DNA of 64,000 nucleotides from Amphiscolops sp. MND2022 (GCA_964187785.1 OZ076409.1:66404001-66468000); one strand, 5' to 3'. Counted from the first letter of the stretch, positions 12,905-25,625 are shown. Notes: a model not told the origin generated them from the letters alone. Numbers and translations are program-made.

Positions 12905-13728
12905 AACAAGCCGGGAACGGCCCAAATCGGAGCCATATCTAAGGCTCAAAAATAGCAAAAGGACATGAAAGTGTCAAAGCATTCTCTTCTACAGTACCCG
13001 AAAAACCCAAAAGTTCAACTGAATTGGCGCACCAAAGGGGTCACTTTGAGATTTTTAAACAGTGCCACACGACTTCTAATGGCACTGGGCATAGAAGTTA
13101 ACGAGGCTTTTTTTAGCTTTTTTGAGGTCTGCCAAGCAGAAGGACGTGCAGAAGGTTCGAGTCCCGCACTTGACCAAACTTTTTTTGTGCAGGTTTTTTC
13201 GGCTTTGTCAGACTTTTTTCGCAAATATTTTTAATGTCTCCAAAGGGTCCCCCTTCAATTTTTTTCTATTTCGCAAAAGAATGGTAGTTAAAAAACTCCC
13301 AAAGGGCCCCCTTTCGCATTATTCCGCACTATGCGACTTACCGGAGCCCAAAAAATTTCGAAAAAAAATTCGAAAAAATTCGGATGTTTTTAAATTTTTC
13401 CTCACGCGGGTACTGTAGAAGAGAATACTTGGCAATTTGAAGTCCTTTTGCTAATTTTGAGCCTTAGATATGGCGCCTACTAGGGCCGTTCCCGGTTGGT
13501 TACTTTCTAAATGTAACCTACCAAACCGGACGAGAATAGAGGGTCCCCCTTTCAATTTTTTCGGCACTGTGCGATTTTTTTCCGAAAATTTTACAATGTC
13601 CCCAAAGGCCCCCTTCGAGTTTTTTGATTTTTTGCAACAGAATGGACTATGCGACATATTTCGAAAGAATGTTTTGCGCGTTTTGAGCCTCAGATATGGC
13701 GTTGACTTTGGTAGTTCTCGTCTTGTTT
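12905..13728. mobile_element. Cluster of Helentron/HINE-like family-1 pieces (one inverted 3' end, two forward 3' ends)
   Basis: Family 3' signature TTTTGAGCCTTAGATATGGCGCCGACTTGGGCCGTTCCCGGCTTGTT inverted at 12905-12950 and forward ending ~13501 and ~13727; B-box-like GGTTCGAGTCCC at ~13154. Confidence 0.7.
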
Positions 13729-14356
13729 AATTCCCTGGAATAACTTGTACTTCAAGCTGTTAAAAGGATACACAGGAAAAAAAGACTTTTTTCTGCCATA
13801 GTGAGCACTACTCAGTGTGATCGTGTAGTCAATTCTACCTTTCATCAGGCTCGTGAAGCTGAACCATTGTGAAGCAGGAACGGTACGTTGATAACGGAGT
13901 TAGGATGGAAGGTTCAAACACCGTCAAAAATGTTTTTTTTTGAGCTTGAAAGAACACGGGACTCATTTCGGTAATGAACTGCCCAAATGTCATCTATTAG
14001 TCAAATCTGGACTGGAATAGAAACCAGCCTTCTTCTTCAATGAGAACGAAGTGAATTTTCATTGGCGGTGATCGCGTATAGGAATTCTTTACTGGCACGT
14101 TGTATTCGGAAAGCTCGCTCCTTGAGGACATAAGGACTGATATCAGATTCTTGGAGAAATGAGCAGAACGTGCTAAACATCGCCTCAGAACGTATACAAA
14201 CCTTTCGCAAATGCGAAACTCAATGTAAAACAGAGAGAAGTTGTTAGACGAAGCTAAAGAAGTGTAAGCAGATTGAGTTATCCCATAATTTCGCCCGAAG
14301 TGATCATTGAAAAAATGCAGATAATTTTTCCAGCATGAGAGTGAATTTGTTGCTGT

Positions 14357-14868
14357 GGTGGGCGCAAACCACGATCTAAGGAATAAGATCGAGACGCACG
14401 TCTGTATCTAAGATCTAAATGTCATTTTTCGTTACTAAGATCTAGAGAATGTCAGCTCCCGAATCGTAACTAAAGAATTAATTATAGACGCTATTCCCGT
14501 TTTTTGGATGTTAATGCCAATTTGGAATTGATTTGAAGTGTAAACGTGCCCTGGATATGTCCACATTTCCTCTAGTGCCCCGCGGCCCCTTGAGGCCGCT
14601 TTTGGTCCCTTCTTGCTAGGTGAGGTCGAACAGAATGAATGACCTAGCGGAAACGGAGATCGCGAAGCGATCGAAGTGGGAGCTGGTCTTTGCGACGGTG
14701 AGAACGAGCATACACCATATATGACCCCACGATATTCCCTAGACGTTATTGTTGTTCAATTTAGACCTTAATCACGTTGCATGCTTTTTAGATCTTAGTT
14801 CTTCAGATCTTAGTATCGAAACTTCTTTAGTATGGAATCTTATACCTTAGACCCTAGTTACGGTTCCC
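14357..14868. mobile_element. Old foldback MITE with TAAGATCTA-type repeats, containing internal module B
   Basis: TAAGATC repeats on the left, GATCTTAG repeats on the right; degenerate flanks GTTGCTGT / GTGGCTGC (6/8). Confidence 0.6.
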
Positions 14869-15667
14869 GTGGCTGCTTGCTGCATTCTGATTTTTGTAGC
14901 AAATACTCGCAGAGCGATCCATCAGAGTGTGTTCCTCCTTCAAAAAAAAAGCGTTGATTATGCCGAAGCTGCTCCAAACAACGTAAAACGAACCGAACAA
15001 CTTGAAAAAGATGAGATCTAGTGGAGAAAAAAAGTGAAACGTCTACTGAAAAAATACTTTGTCTCGATTATGCCTCACAAGAAGGGTAAGACACACTTGC
15101 TTTGCTTTGACTTTAAACAGTTAAAATACCGAAACACCCTAATTCTCAGATATTACAATTCCAGTCCTCAATAAAAAATCAACGACCAGAGAAGATGACG
15201 CGAGGTTATAAATCAGAGGGAGCGGTGTCTGGAAAACGCGCTTCAGTGAGAGCTGTTCCGTTGTGAAAAACTGTTGATGCGCTGTCAACAACTTACCTGA
15301 AAGGTCAGAAAGACTCGTTCAGACATCACGAGCTATGGAACAACTTAAAGTACGAGAACAACTTAAAGTAAAAAACGATGCGCAAATTGCTATGGTTCTA
15401 CAGCTTTCGCTTGCTCGAATGGTGCCGACACATAGCAACGCGGCTGATGATCCGAATTTCCGCGAAACTGAGGGGAAAGAGGTCAACCGTACGCAAACGT
15501 AATGACGTGAAATCGCAGGAAAATCAATTCGCGGTTCTCAACAGTGCAATAGTATGCATGCGAATCTCGAGGTCCCGCAAACCTGTCCGGATACCGGAGT
15601 CTTATGAAGGACTGAAGTTGATTTGAGGCTGCCGTGATGCGATAACAATTGCAACTATAAGTTTTCA

Positions 15668-16215
15668 GGTACGGAACCTGTTTGTAGAAAACCAGTTTGT
15701 AGAATCCAGTTTGTAGAAAAGAGGTCCAGTTTGTAGAACTTTTTTTCAACAAACTGGGTTCTACAAACTGATTTTCTACAAACTGGTTAGGTCCAGTTTG
15801 TAGAATACCAGTTTGTAGAATTCTGGAATTGAAGAAAAACAAAAAGACCAATAATGTGGGAATGATGCAAAGTATAAAACGTGCCTTGGAAATGTCCCCA
15901 TCTCCTCTAGTGCCCCGTGGCCCCCTGGGGCCGCTTATGTTCCCATCTTGCTAAACGAGGTCGATCAGGAGCAAAGACCTAGCTGGAACGGAGATCGCAA
16001 AGCGATAGTAGTGGGAGCTGGTCTTTGCCACGGTGAGGGCGAGCGTGCATACACAGCATATGCCCCATATTATAATATTTTCGCTTCCAGAACGAAGGTT
16101 TTTAGCTTTTTAGAGGACGTTACAGTGACAAAGACGTTTCGGCGACACTTTGTCGGCAAAACGTCCGCCGCCATATTGTCGCCGAAACGTCTGTCACCGA
16201 ATTGTCCAGAATCCC
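15668..16215. mobile_element. Apparently chimeric foldback MITE (CAGTTTGTAGAA left end, GTCGCCGAAACGTC right end) around module B
   Basis: Left and right repeat arrays are not reverse complements of each other; no TSD; module B at 15877-16070. Confidence 0.6.
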
Positions 16216-16479
16216 TATTCTCCCTAGTCTACTCTTCCTAATATATATTAATGACTTACCTGAAAATTGTCACAATTCTATCTCTTTACTGAATGCCGAC
16301 GATGCAACATTCTTACACATTGGAGCACTTGGTCTTAAATTTCAACTTGATCTTTCTCGAAGTCTGGGATGGAGTCAAATGCAAAATTTCCCACCACAAG
16401 ATAATGTCATATACTTTTCAGGTCAACCAATTAAAATGAAATCGCTTCAGAAGGATCTTGGTGTAGTAGTATCTGACGA

Positions 16480-17859
16480 GGGTTAGGGACAATTCGCCGA
16501 AAGACCATTTGCCGAAACCCAATTTGCCGAACGTGAAGGACAATTTGCCGATTTTTTTATTCGGCAAATTGTCTCTTTGTATTTGCCGAATTTTGTAGGG
16601 ACAAATTGCCGAATACCTAGCATTTTCAAATAACAATGTTTTTGGCTGTCGGATATGCCCCCATTTTCTCTAATGCCCCGCGGCCCCTTGGGGCCGCTTA
16701 TGTTCCCATCTTGCTAAACGAGGTCGAACAGGAGCAAAGACCTAGCGGGAACGGGGATCGCGAAGCGATCGTAGTGGGAGCTGGTCTTTGCGACGGTGAG
16801 GTCGAGCGTGCATGCACCGCAGGGATTCCATTCCAAATAATTGGATATTGGGAAATTAATTGGAGTACAACTACGAAGAAACAATTATCATTTTGAAGGT
16901 ACCCAAACTCAACACCCCAATTAATTTTCAAAAATACCCAATTACCCTATTAATTGGGGTGAACCCCAATTAATAATTGGGGTGCATCCAATTTTCGCGT
17001 TTTAATATTGCTTCATTGATTTCTGAAGTATATGTTTATATGTCATCTTTTTATTAACTTATCACATGATGATGATGATTTGGACTTGCAGGAAGTATTG
17101 ACCCGGAGCGGTTGTTCAGCTTTGGCCGAATATCAAAAACTTTCCTGCAATGTCGACGAAAACCAGAAATTGATGCCCGCAATGTTTCTATCAACAAAAA
17201 TAAAGCATTTTTGTATTACCAAGGCCGAATGTATAATGCAACACGTGTTTACTTATTTCGTTTTAAATTTACTCTCTTTTAGCGTGTAAGCGTTGGTAAC
17301 TAGTAAGTAATGTTACCGAATGCAATGTTGCCGAATTTGTTGGTAACATAATTTGTTGAAATTTGTTGGTGCCGTTTGTTCGATTTTTTTAGCCTTGGGA
17401 AGGATCCCCTGAAAACGGTTTAAACTTTGATATATAACGTAACTCTCTTCAATTTTTTAGCGTTAGGGGGTCGCCCTAAAACCACATCATTTTGAAAACC
17501 CAATTATTACCCCAATAATCCGACTCTGGTACTTCAATCCCAAATACCCCAATTACAGTGTTCGACCTCAAAAACCACAACCCAATTAAAATGTCTAAAC
17601 CCAAACCCAATTATCACAAAACCCAAAAAATTGGCATCCCTGATACACTGTATATGACCCCATATTGGGTGAGGAGAAATACCTAAATTATTTTACACGC
17701 TTCGCAGGAGCAAAAACCGGATACGGGACAATTTGCCGAAAAACAATTTGCTGAAACCTAATTTGCCGAACGTGAAGGACAATTTTCCGGAAATTATTCG
17801 GCAAATTTTCCCTGAATCAATTTTTGGCAAATTGTCTTTCGGCAAATTGTCCCGTATCC
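16480..17859. mobile_element. Foldback MITE with CAATTTGCCGAA arrays, containing module B and a nested hAT MITE
   Basis: Ends GGGTTAGGGACAATTCGCCGAAAG / CTTTCGGCAAATTGTCCCGTATCC; perfect 8-bp TSD TCTGACGA (16472-16479, 17860-17867). Confidence 0.9.
16820..17642. mobile_element. Non-autonomous hAT-type element
   Basis: CAGGGATTCCA...TGGCATCCCTG ends; degenerate 8-bp TSD ATGCACCG / ATACACTG; many CCCAAT subterminal motifs; splits module B. Confidence 0.8.
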
Positions 17860-20800
17860 TCTGACGATCTGAAATGGTACGCACACATCATAAAAGCAGC
17901 TACTAAAGCAAGGAATGTCTTCTGGATGGTCAAGAGAACCTCACCAATGCTATCTCCTACAGCTAAGCTAAATGTTTACAAATCCATGACAGTGTCCGTT
18001 TTGATCTACGGCAGCAACGTTGGGTACCCGAATATTCAATGTTGCAAAACTCTTTAAAAAATCAAAAGAAAGACTGAGATGGATAAATGGAGACCGAAAT
18101 TATCTAGATAGTTTAAAAAATCAAAATTTTTCCTCTTACAATTTATCTCCAACTCCAAGATCTACTGACAATGTCAAAATGTTTGAACGAGCATTATGAT
18201 TATAACTTTGATGATTAAATTTGTTTGAGGGACTCGGACCGAACACTGAGATCGAGTGACTGTTTGAGGTTTGACAATAAGAAACCCAAGAAGAAAATAT
18301 GCCGAGACAGCCTCTACAGAACTGGTGCACTCATTAACAGACTTCCGAAATCAGTCAATTTCAAAAATTCTCAAGGGCTAAAACAACGACTCCTGGGTTA
18401 CTTCTGGTGGTATTTCAATAAAAAGTACAATGAGATTGTCAGTAACACGTAGAGAATCTGACCAACTGTGACGGACATTGAAGGGTAGGAAATCCCTGGC
18501 CATCACGGCCGAATCCATACTACCTACCTACCTAACGAAGTGTATAATTTCCTTTGCCGACTCCTAATTCACGTTTTCACTAAAGCCTTTCAAAGAATTC
18601 AGGTGTTGCTAAATACTTCAGATACGCAATCACCCTAAAGTAAGCGTGTACCGATACACTGTAAGTGATTTCGAATTGATGTTAACATTGTCAACGAGAT
18701 ACCAGAAAAACCAAATAATTTTTTGTGGAGATATAAACTTCCCCCAGACAAATTGGAATACTTTTCAAAGTGAAAATGATTTTGGGAGAGAGGTCCTTGA
18801 TCTGTTTGATGAACACTGTCTACAGCAAGCAGTAACTATTCCAACTTGCAGGAAGAACACTCTAGATAATGCCTTACACAGAAACCTCTCAGTACTATGC
18901 GAAGAAAGTCATGTTGTTGAAAAATTGTACAATATATCAAACCATACTCCTGTTGCCCTAGAAATCGAAATGCCTATCTACATACAACAAAGTGCTACGA
19001 AGACTGCGTACAGTTTCAATGCTGCTGATTATGAAGAAATATTAAAGATTATGGAAAATTCTTCCTTCGAGCCGACTTGTTTATCGAACATAGATAACAT
19101 GGTAAACGAATTCTATGTTTATCTCAATGATTTTATTGAAAAATGTGTTCCCGACGAACGACTCACAGACAAACGTTACCAAGTTGGTTCACCCCGGAGA
19201 CCTCTCACTTGTTGAAAAAATTTGAAACACAGAGGAAATTACCGAAGTTGAAACCAACTGCGTACCGCAAACAAAAGATTAAAACACTGGAAACCGAGTT
19301 TTGGAAATTGAGCGAGCAAGATAGAATTGACTATCAAACGAAACTTGCAGAAACGAGAAACACTGCTTTGATGTTCAAACATTTCAAACGAAAGAGTAAA
19401 GAGTACGCTCTTCCTTCAACAGTTTTTCGAAACGGACAAGAGTCTAACAGCGTCAAAGAAACGTTAAACCTTTTCGATAATTACTTCCAATATGTTTATT
19501 CACCGAAAAACAAGTCACCAAATTTTGACACATCAGCTAGTACTATCCAAAGGTATCTCGACGATATGGATGAGACCAAATCTAGAGGCCCTGATGGTAT
19601 TCCGCCTTTGTTCATCAAAACCTTGGCTGCATCTCTGAGCAAAGCACTCAATCTTTTAAACTTTGATATATAACGTAACTCTCTTCAATTTTTTAGCGTT
19701 AGGGGGTCGCCCTAAAACCACATCATTTTGAAAACCCAATTATTACCCCAATAATCCGACTCTGGTACTTCAATCCCAAATACCCCAATTACAGTGTTCG
19801 ACCTCAAAAACCACAACCCAATTAAAATGTCTAAACCCAAACCCAATTATCACAAAACCCAAAAAATTGGCATCCCTGATACACTGTATATGACCCCATA
19901 TTGGGTGAGGAGAAATACCTAAATTATTTTACACGCTTCGCAGGAGCAAAAACCGGATACGGGACAATTTGCCGAAAAACAATTTGCTGAAACCTAATTT
20001 GCCGAACGTGAAGGACAATTTTCCGGAAATTATTCGGCAAATTTTCCCTGAATCAATTTTCGGCAAATTGTCTTTCGGCAAATTGTCCCGTATCCTCTGA
20101 CGATCTGAAATGGTACGCACACATCATAAAAGCAGCTACTAAAGCAAGGAATGTCTTCTGGATGGTCAAGAGAACCTCACCAATGCTATCTCCTACAGCT
20201 AAGCTAAATGTTTACAAATCCATGATAGTGTCCGTTTTGATCTACGGCAGCAACGTTGGGTACCCGAATATTCAATGTTGCAAAACTCTTTAAAAAAATC
20301 AAAAGAAAGACTGAGATGGATAAATGGAGACCGAAATTATCTAGATAGTTTAAAAAATCAAAATTTTTCCTCTTACACTTTATCTCCAACTCCAAGATCT
20401 ACTGACAATGTCAAAATGTTTGAACGAGCATTATGATTATAACTTTGATGATTAAATTTGTTTGAGGGACTCGGACCGAACACTGAGATCGAGTGACTGT
20501 TTGAGGTTTGACAATAAGAAACCCAAGAAGAAAATATGCCGAGACAGCCTCTACAGAACTGGTGCACTCATTAACAGACTTCCGAAATCAGTCAATTTCA
20601 AAAATTCTCAAGGGCTAAAACAACGACTCCTGGGTTACTTCTGGTGGTATTTCAATAAAAAGTACAATGAGATTGTCAGTAACACGTAGAGAATCTGACC
20701 AACTGTGACGGACATTGAAGGGGAGGAAATCCCTGGCCATCACGGCCGAATCCATACTACCTACCTACCTAACGAAGTGTATAATTTCCTTTGCCGAGTC

Positions 20801-21891
20801 CTAATTCACGTTTTCACTAAAGCCTTTCAAAGAATTCAGGTGTTGCTAAATACTTCAGATACGCAATCACCCTAAAGTAAGCGTGTACCGATACACTGTA
20901 AGTGATTTCGAATTGATGTTAACATTGTCAACGAGATACCAGAAAAACCAAATAATTTTTTGTGGAGATATAAACTTCCCCCAGACAAATTGGAATACTT
21001 TTCAAAGTGAAAATGATTTTGGGAGAGAGGTCCTTGATCTGTTTGATGAACACTGTCTACAGCAAGCAGTAACTATTCCAACTTGCAGGAAGAACACTCT
21101 AGATAATGCCTTACACAGAAACCTCTCAGTACTATGCGAAGAAAGTCATGTTGTTGAAAAATTGTACAATATATCAAACCATACTCCTGTTGCCCTAGAA
21201 ATCGAAATGCCTATCTACATACAACAAAGTGCTACGAAGACTGCGTACAGTTTCAATGCTGCTGATTATGAAGAAATATTAAAGATTATGGAAAATTCTT
21301 CCTTCGAGCCGACTTGTTTATCGAACATAGATAACATGGTAAACGAATTCTATGTTTATCTCAATGATTTATTGAAAAATGTGTTCCCGACGAACGACTC
21401 ACAGACAAACGTTACCAAGTTGGTTCACTCCGGAGACCTCTCACTTGTTGAAAAAATTTGAAACACAGAGGAAATTACCGAAGTTGAAACCAACTGCGTA
21501 CCGCAAACAAAAGATTAAAACACTGGAAACCGAGTTTTGGAAATTGAGCGAGCAAGATAGAATTGACTATCAAACGAAACTTGCAGAAACGAGAAACACT
21601 GCTTTGATGTTCAAACATTTCAAACGAATGAGTAAAGAGTACGCTCTTCCTTCAACAGTTTTTCGAAACGGACAAGAGTCTAACAGCGTCAAAGAAACGT
21701 TAAACCTTTTCGATAATTACTTCCAATATGTTTATTCACCGAAAAACAAGTCACCAAATTTTGACACATCAGCTAGTACTATCCAAAGGTATCTCGACGA
21801 TATGGATGAGACCAAATCTAGAGGCCCTGATGGTATTCCGCCTTTGTTCATCAAAACCTTGGCTGCACCTCTGAGCAAAGCACTCAATCTT
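17420..21891. repeat. Head-to-tail tandem duplication, unit ~2236 bp (17420-19655, 19656-21891)
   Basis: Near-identical copies; junction caatctt|ttaaactttg joins LINE RT sequence to the interior of the hAT MITE. Confidence 0.95.
18560..19655 (+). pseudogene. CR1/L2-type LINE ORF2 fragment (APE C-terminus and linker), first duplicate copy
   Basis: IIFCGDINFPQTNW, PTCRKNTLD, KSRGPDGIPP motifs; frameshifted; cut at the duplication junction. Confidence 0.85.
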
Positions 21892-23075
21892 ATCTTCAGA
21901 AATATCAAAAGACGGAAAAGAATACCAAAAGTGTGGAAAATTAGCGCTATTTCGTCTAGTCACAAAAAGTCTAGCAAGAAAGATGTGTCAAATTACCGAC
22001 CAGTAGCAATACTTGATATATTCGAGAAAGTCTTTAAAAAGTGTCTGTACTCGTCTATCTACGACTGTTTTTCTGACCAAATGAACTTCTTCCCAATATG
22101 GCTTTGTCAAGAACAAGTCTGTCAGAAAAAAATTTTCTTTTTTCACAGAAAACTTGCAATAGCTATGACGACCCAGCAACTAAATCCATTATTGCATTGT
22201 ATGCAGACATGGCGAAAGCTTTTGACAAAGTTCCTCATTATGAGTTAATACAAAAGGTTTATAAAATATGAATTGATAAATGTCTACTAGAGGTTCTCAA
22301 AGATTAATTTTCAGATCGATACCAAATTGTCCGTTGTGGCAATGAACGCTCTGATCAAATTCTCATAACAAGTGGAATACCGCAGGGGTCTGTTATTGGT
22401 CCGTTAACGTTTCTCATATTTATCAACGATCTACCGGAATTTTCAATCTATCGTGAACCTTTCTTGTATGCTGACGATCTGAAAAGGATAGTGATTAACA
22501 ACAAAGAAATTTTCCAATTAGACCTTGATAACCTTACTAAATGGGGAGATTGTAAATAAAATGTCTTTTGCAGTCATGGACCTAAAATGTTTTAAAGTTA
22601 CATTCTGAGGCACAACGGAAGAACAATTCTATTTGATTAACTCACCTCTCCTGGGACTTACATCTGCCAAAGATCTTGGATTGATGGTAACTTGTAATTT
22701 ATTATGGTCAACACATATTGAAAGCAAAATTCGTAAAGCCAACACAGTTTTCTTTATCAAAAGGAACACCTCCGCTACGCAAATACGAGTCCTGCCAAAA
22801 TTGTATAAATCTATGTTACTGCCAATTTTGTCATTTGCTTTTTGCTGCTTCAGTCTTTCCAGAACCAGTGTAAAATTACTGGAAAATTTCCAGAAAAGAG
22901 TCCTCAAATGGGTATGCCGTGACTATCATTCGACTCACAAAGAGCTTCCCCTAAAATGCAATCTTCTACCAGTCCCAATGTTCAAACTAAAGAACCTACT
23001 ATTCCTATCAAAATATTTTCACGAAATGCGCTTCACGGGGGTAGACTTGAATATTACAACGACAATGTCTAAAAA

Positions 23076-23425
23076 GGGTGGCTGTAAATAGGTCGAATTT
23101 TTCTGGTCGAAAGGACTGAGGTCGAACATCTTGATCGAATTACAGGGATCGAATGGAATACGGTCGAATTTTATCGTATTTGTTGTATGGCTCGGTCGCT
23201 TCGCTCCCTTCGCCAAGTAGCAACATTGAGGCATGGCCATATGGCACGTCGCTCCGCTTCGCTTCGCTCCTGCATTCAGGGCACTAGGGGTATGTGAACA
23301 TATCTGACTACGTTATTAAAATTTTGATCCGAGTTGTTTCGATCCCATTCAAAAATTTGATATTGTCGACCTGAGGACTAACTCTGATTTTCGATCCCGT
23401 TCCTTCGACCTATTTCCGCCCACCC
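23076..23425. mobile_element. MULE-like MITE with GGTCGAA repeats, containing module A in reverse orientation
   Basis: Ends GGGTGGCTGTAAATAGGTCGAA / TTCGACCTATTTCCGCCCACCC; perfect 9-bp TSD GTCTAAAAA (23067-23075, 23426-23434). Confidence 0.9.
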
Positions 23426-23745
23426 GTCTAAAAAGGGCAGAATGATGTTTGATACAAAAACTGCCCGTACTGAGAAAGCTCGCTCTGGGTTCTGCTTTAG
23501 GACGTGCCGACTTGCGAACAAACCTCCGGAGTGGCATTTTCCGAACCTTTGGGCCTCAAAAATAGAATACTGGACTTTCACCAGCTCTATCTTGATCAAT
23601 TCTGCACCTACCAAATATACTGTGACTGCCGAAACACAACTAGGATATTCTGATCAGGGACCGGCAATTATTAATTGGTTTTCCAATAATTGCAATCCGC
23701 AGACGCCCCCCATCCACACTATGGTGTTTATTTATGTATGATAGT

Positions 23746-25625
23746 CAGGGATAGGAAAAAATTGATTGCAAATAATTTTTTATTTTTTGAGAGAACCAAT
23801 CAAATAATTGAATTTCAGGAAAAATCAATCAATTATTGCACTTTACAGCAATTAATTGGTTTCTTTTTCAGCTTGAGACAGAACATCATTAACTGTTCTT
23901 ATGTCCCAAAATCGCTTATTTGTTTTTAAATATAATTGTTCTTCGAGATTCGTCGGGTTCAATCGTTGCCGGAAATCACTCGATGCAATACCAGCGCTAC
24001 TGAAAAAACGCTCTAGAATGTTTGAAGTTGGCAAAATGAAGCGGGTATCGGCATATTTTGTCGATGGTGTGTGTTTCTTCTTTCTCAGAATCATGCTAGC
24101 AAAATCATCACAAGTATCTGGGTTGTCTTCTTCCACCACGATGTGCTTTCTGAGGTTTTTACATGCCAGTTGCTCGTCAGTCGTCATTTCTTTTTCCTTA
24201 CCATCCTGAATTTTCACTATTCCAGATTCGAAGTTGGGGCTTCTAATTATTCTCGCAGTGGGAGACAAATACTTGTCAGAACCATCAAGATCGGGGAATT
24301 TCCGTTTGATCTCATTGAAAAGAAGCCGGACGCAAGAAGCATCAGTACTCTCTCGTTGCAAAGCCATGGTAACTGAATCTAATGTCGCCAATTTTTGTTG
24401 AACTTCGGACAATGTCGCATTTTCTTTCGGAGATGGAATGAATTCCAATATGTTTTCTTCATCAAAGTACACCATAAATTCTTTCAGCTGCATATAACGG
24501 TTTATCATTTGATGTGTGCCAGACCAACGTGTTATATTGGCTTGAATAGGTCTCAGATGTGCGAATTGCCTCAATTTTGCGGACAATTTGACACTTTTCA
24601 TTTTGCCCATTAGAGCATTGATCTTTTGGATGATTTCGCCATGATCCTCCAGCAATTCGGCACAAGCCAAATTAAACCGATGTGATGCACAACCCATCAA
24701 GGGTTTTTGACACAGGCTTGCGAGGGCTTTATTGGTTTCACAATTATCACCACAAATAGCAATAACGTTCGTGATATTTTTTCCATAGATCGAAAGAGTG
24801 AAATCCAACAAATTCTTATACTCCAATGCTGTCAGAGAAAGTTCAGAGAGTAGAGGGCTGAATGTCAACAAAGCTGTTTGGTAGCCATTTGCATCGGTTG
24901 ACGAATATGACGCAAACACTCCAACATAATGGGTAGAATTATGTGTCCATCCATCAAGCAAAATACAAAATTTTTCTGGTAGACTACGTGCTATTTCTTC
25001 CTCTACTTTCTTGGTTACCATGTGCATGTACTTCTTCAGGGTCTTGGTTGACATCGGGTTCAGGTTAGAATACTTGGCTGTAAAAGGACACTCTATAAAA
25101 GCGAACGGTTTGAGTGTCACCGTGATCCACTCTAACCAACCAAACACGTTGTTGGCTTTCTTCGTAAGGCTGACGTAATTATCAATCCTCTGCTGCTTAC
25201 CATCATCCTTGTCGTAGTCCGGGTGTTGGGTTTTTATGTGGTTCAGCAAGTTAGTCCAACCACTTCCTTTTTTTTGCTTCATCTGCTTTTTGCATTGACA
25301 TTGCCATATGTCCGGCTCATCTACAGGCGCAGGCTGATGGAAGTATTGCATGCAGATGGACTTAATTGGCTTGGATGTCATATCACAACCTGAAAATGTG
25401 AAAAAAAAGTTTTTCAACTCACAGCTGCTTTGCATGACATTGAAAAATGAAAATGAAGCATTTCACTCAGACATGTCAGATTGTCAGAGTTTCGTGGAAA
25501 CGAATTTTTCAATTAATTGATACTTCATCAATCAATTATTCAATTATTGGTTTCGGGCCCAATCAATTAATTTTGCCAATTAATTGCAATTAAATTAATT
25601 GGCAATCAATTATTTCCAATCCCTG
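23746..25625 (-). mobile_element. Inner hAT element carrying an intact transposase ORF
   Basis: TIRs CAGGGATAGGAAAAAATTGATTGC / CAGGGATTGGAAATAATTGATTGC (22/24); no TSD; AATTGATT-type subterminal repeats. Confidence 0.85.
23852..25381 (-). CDS. hAT transposase (BED-like finger, DDE core, C-terminal dimerisation domain)
   Basis: WQCQC..GWTNLLNHIKTQH, LLDGWT, GDNCETN, GCASHRFNL, TRWS, PTSNILERFFS motifs in one open frame; the ATG at 25381 follows a ttttcAG acceptor (ORF open from 25435). Confidence 0.9.
   Translation of the reverse strand: MTSKPIKSICMQYFHQPAPVDEPDIWQCQCKKQMKQKKGSGWTNLLNHIKTQHPDYDKDDGKQQRIDNYVSLTKKANNVFGWLEWITVTLKPFAFIECPFTAKYSNLNPMSTKTLKKYMHMVTKKVEEEIARSLPEKFCILLDGWTHNSTHYVGVFASYSSTDANGYQTALLTFSPLLSELSLTALEYKNLLDFTLSIYGKNITNVIAICGDNCETNKALASLCQKPLMGCASHRFNLACAELLEDHGEIIQKINALMGKMKSVKLSAKLRQFAHLRPIQANITRWSGTHQMINRYMQLKEFMVYFDEENILEFIPSPKENATLSEVQQKLATLDSVTMALQRESTDASCVRLLFNEIKRKFPDLDGSDKYLSPTARIIRSPNFESGIVKIQDGKEKEMTTDEQLACKNLRKHIVVEEDNPDTCDDFASMILRKKKHTPSTKYADTRFILPTSNILERFFSSAGIASSDFRQRLNPTNLEEQLYLKTNKRFWDIRTVNDVLSQAEKETN

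Larger units (their letters stand above)
16216..18535 (+). mobile_element. 5'-truncated CR1/L2-type LINE fragment (RT C-terminus), split by a MITE
   Basis: LLFLIYINDLP...NADDATF...KDLGVVVSD continues after the insertion as DLKWYAHI...LNVYKSM; (CTAC)n tail at ~18518-18535. Confidence 0.8.
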
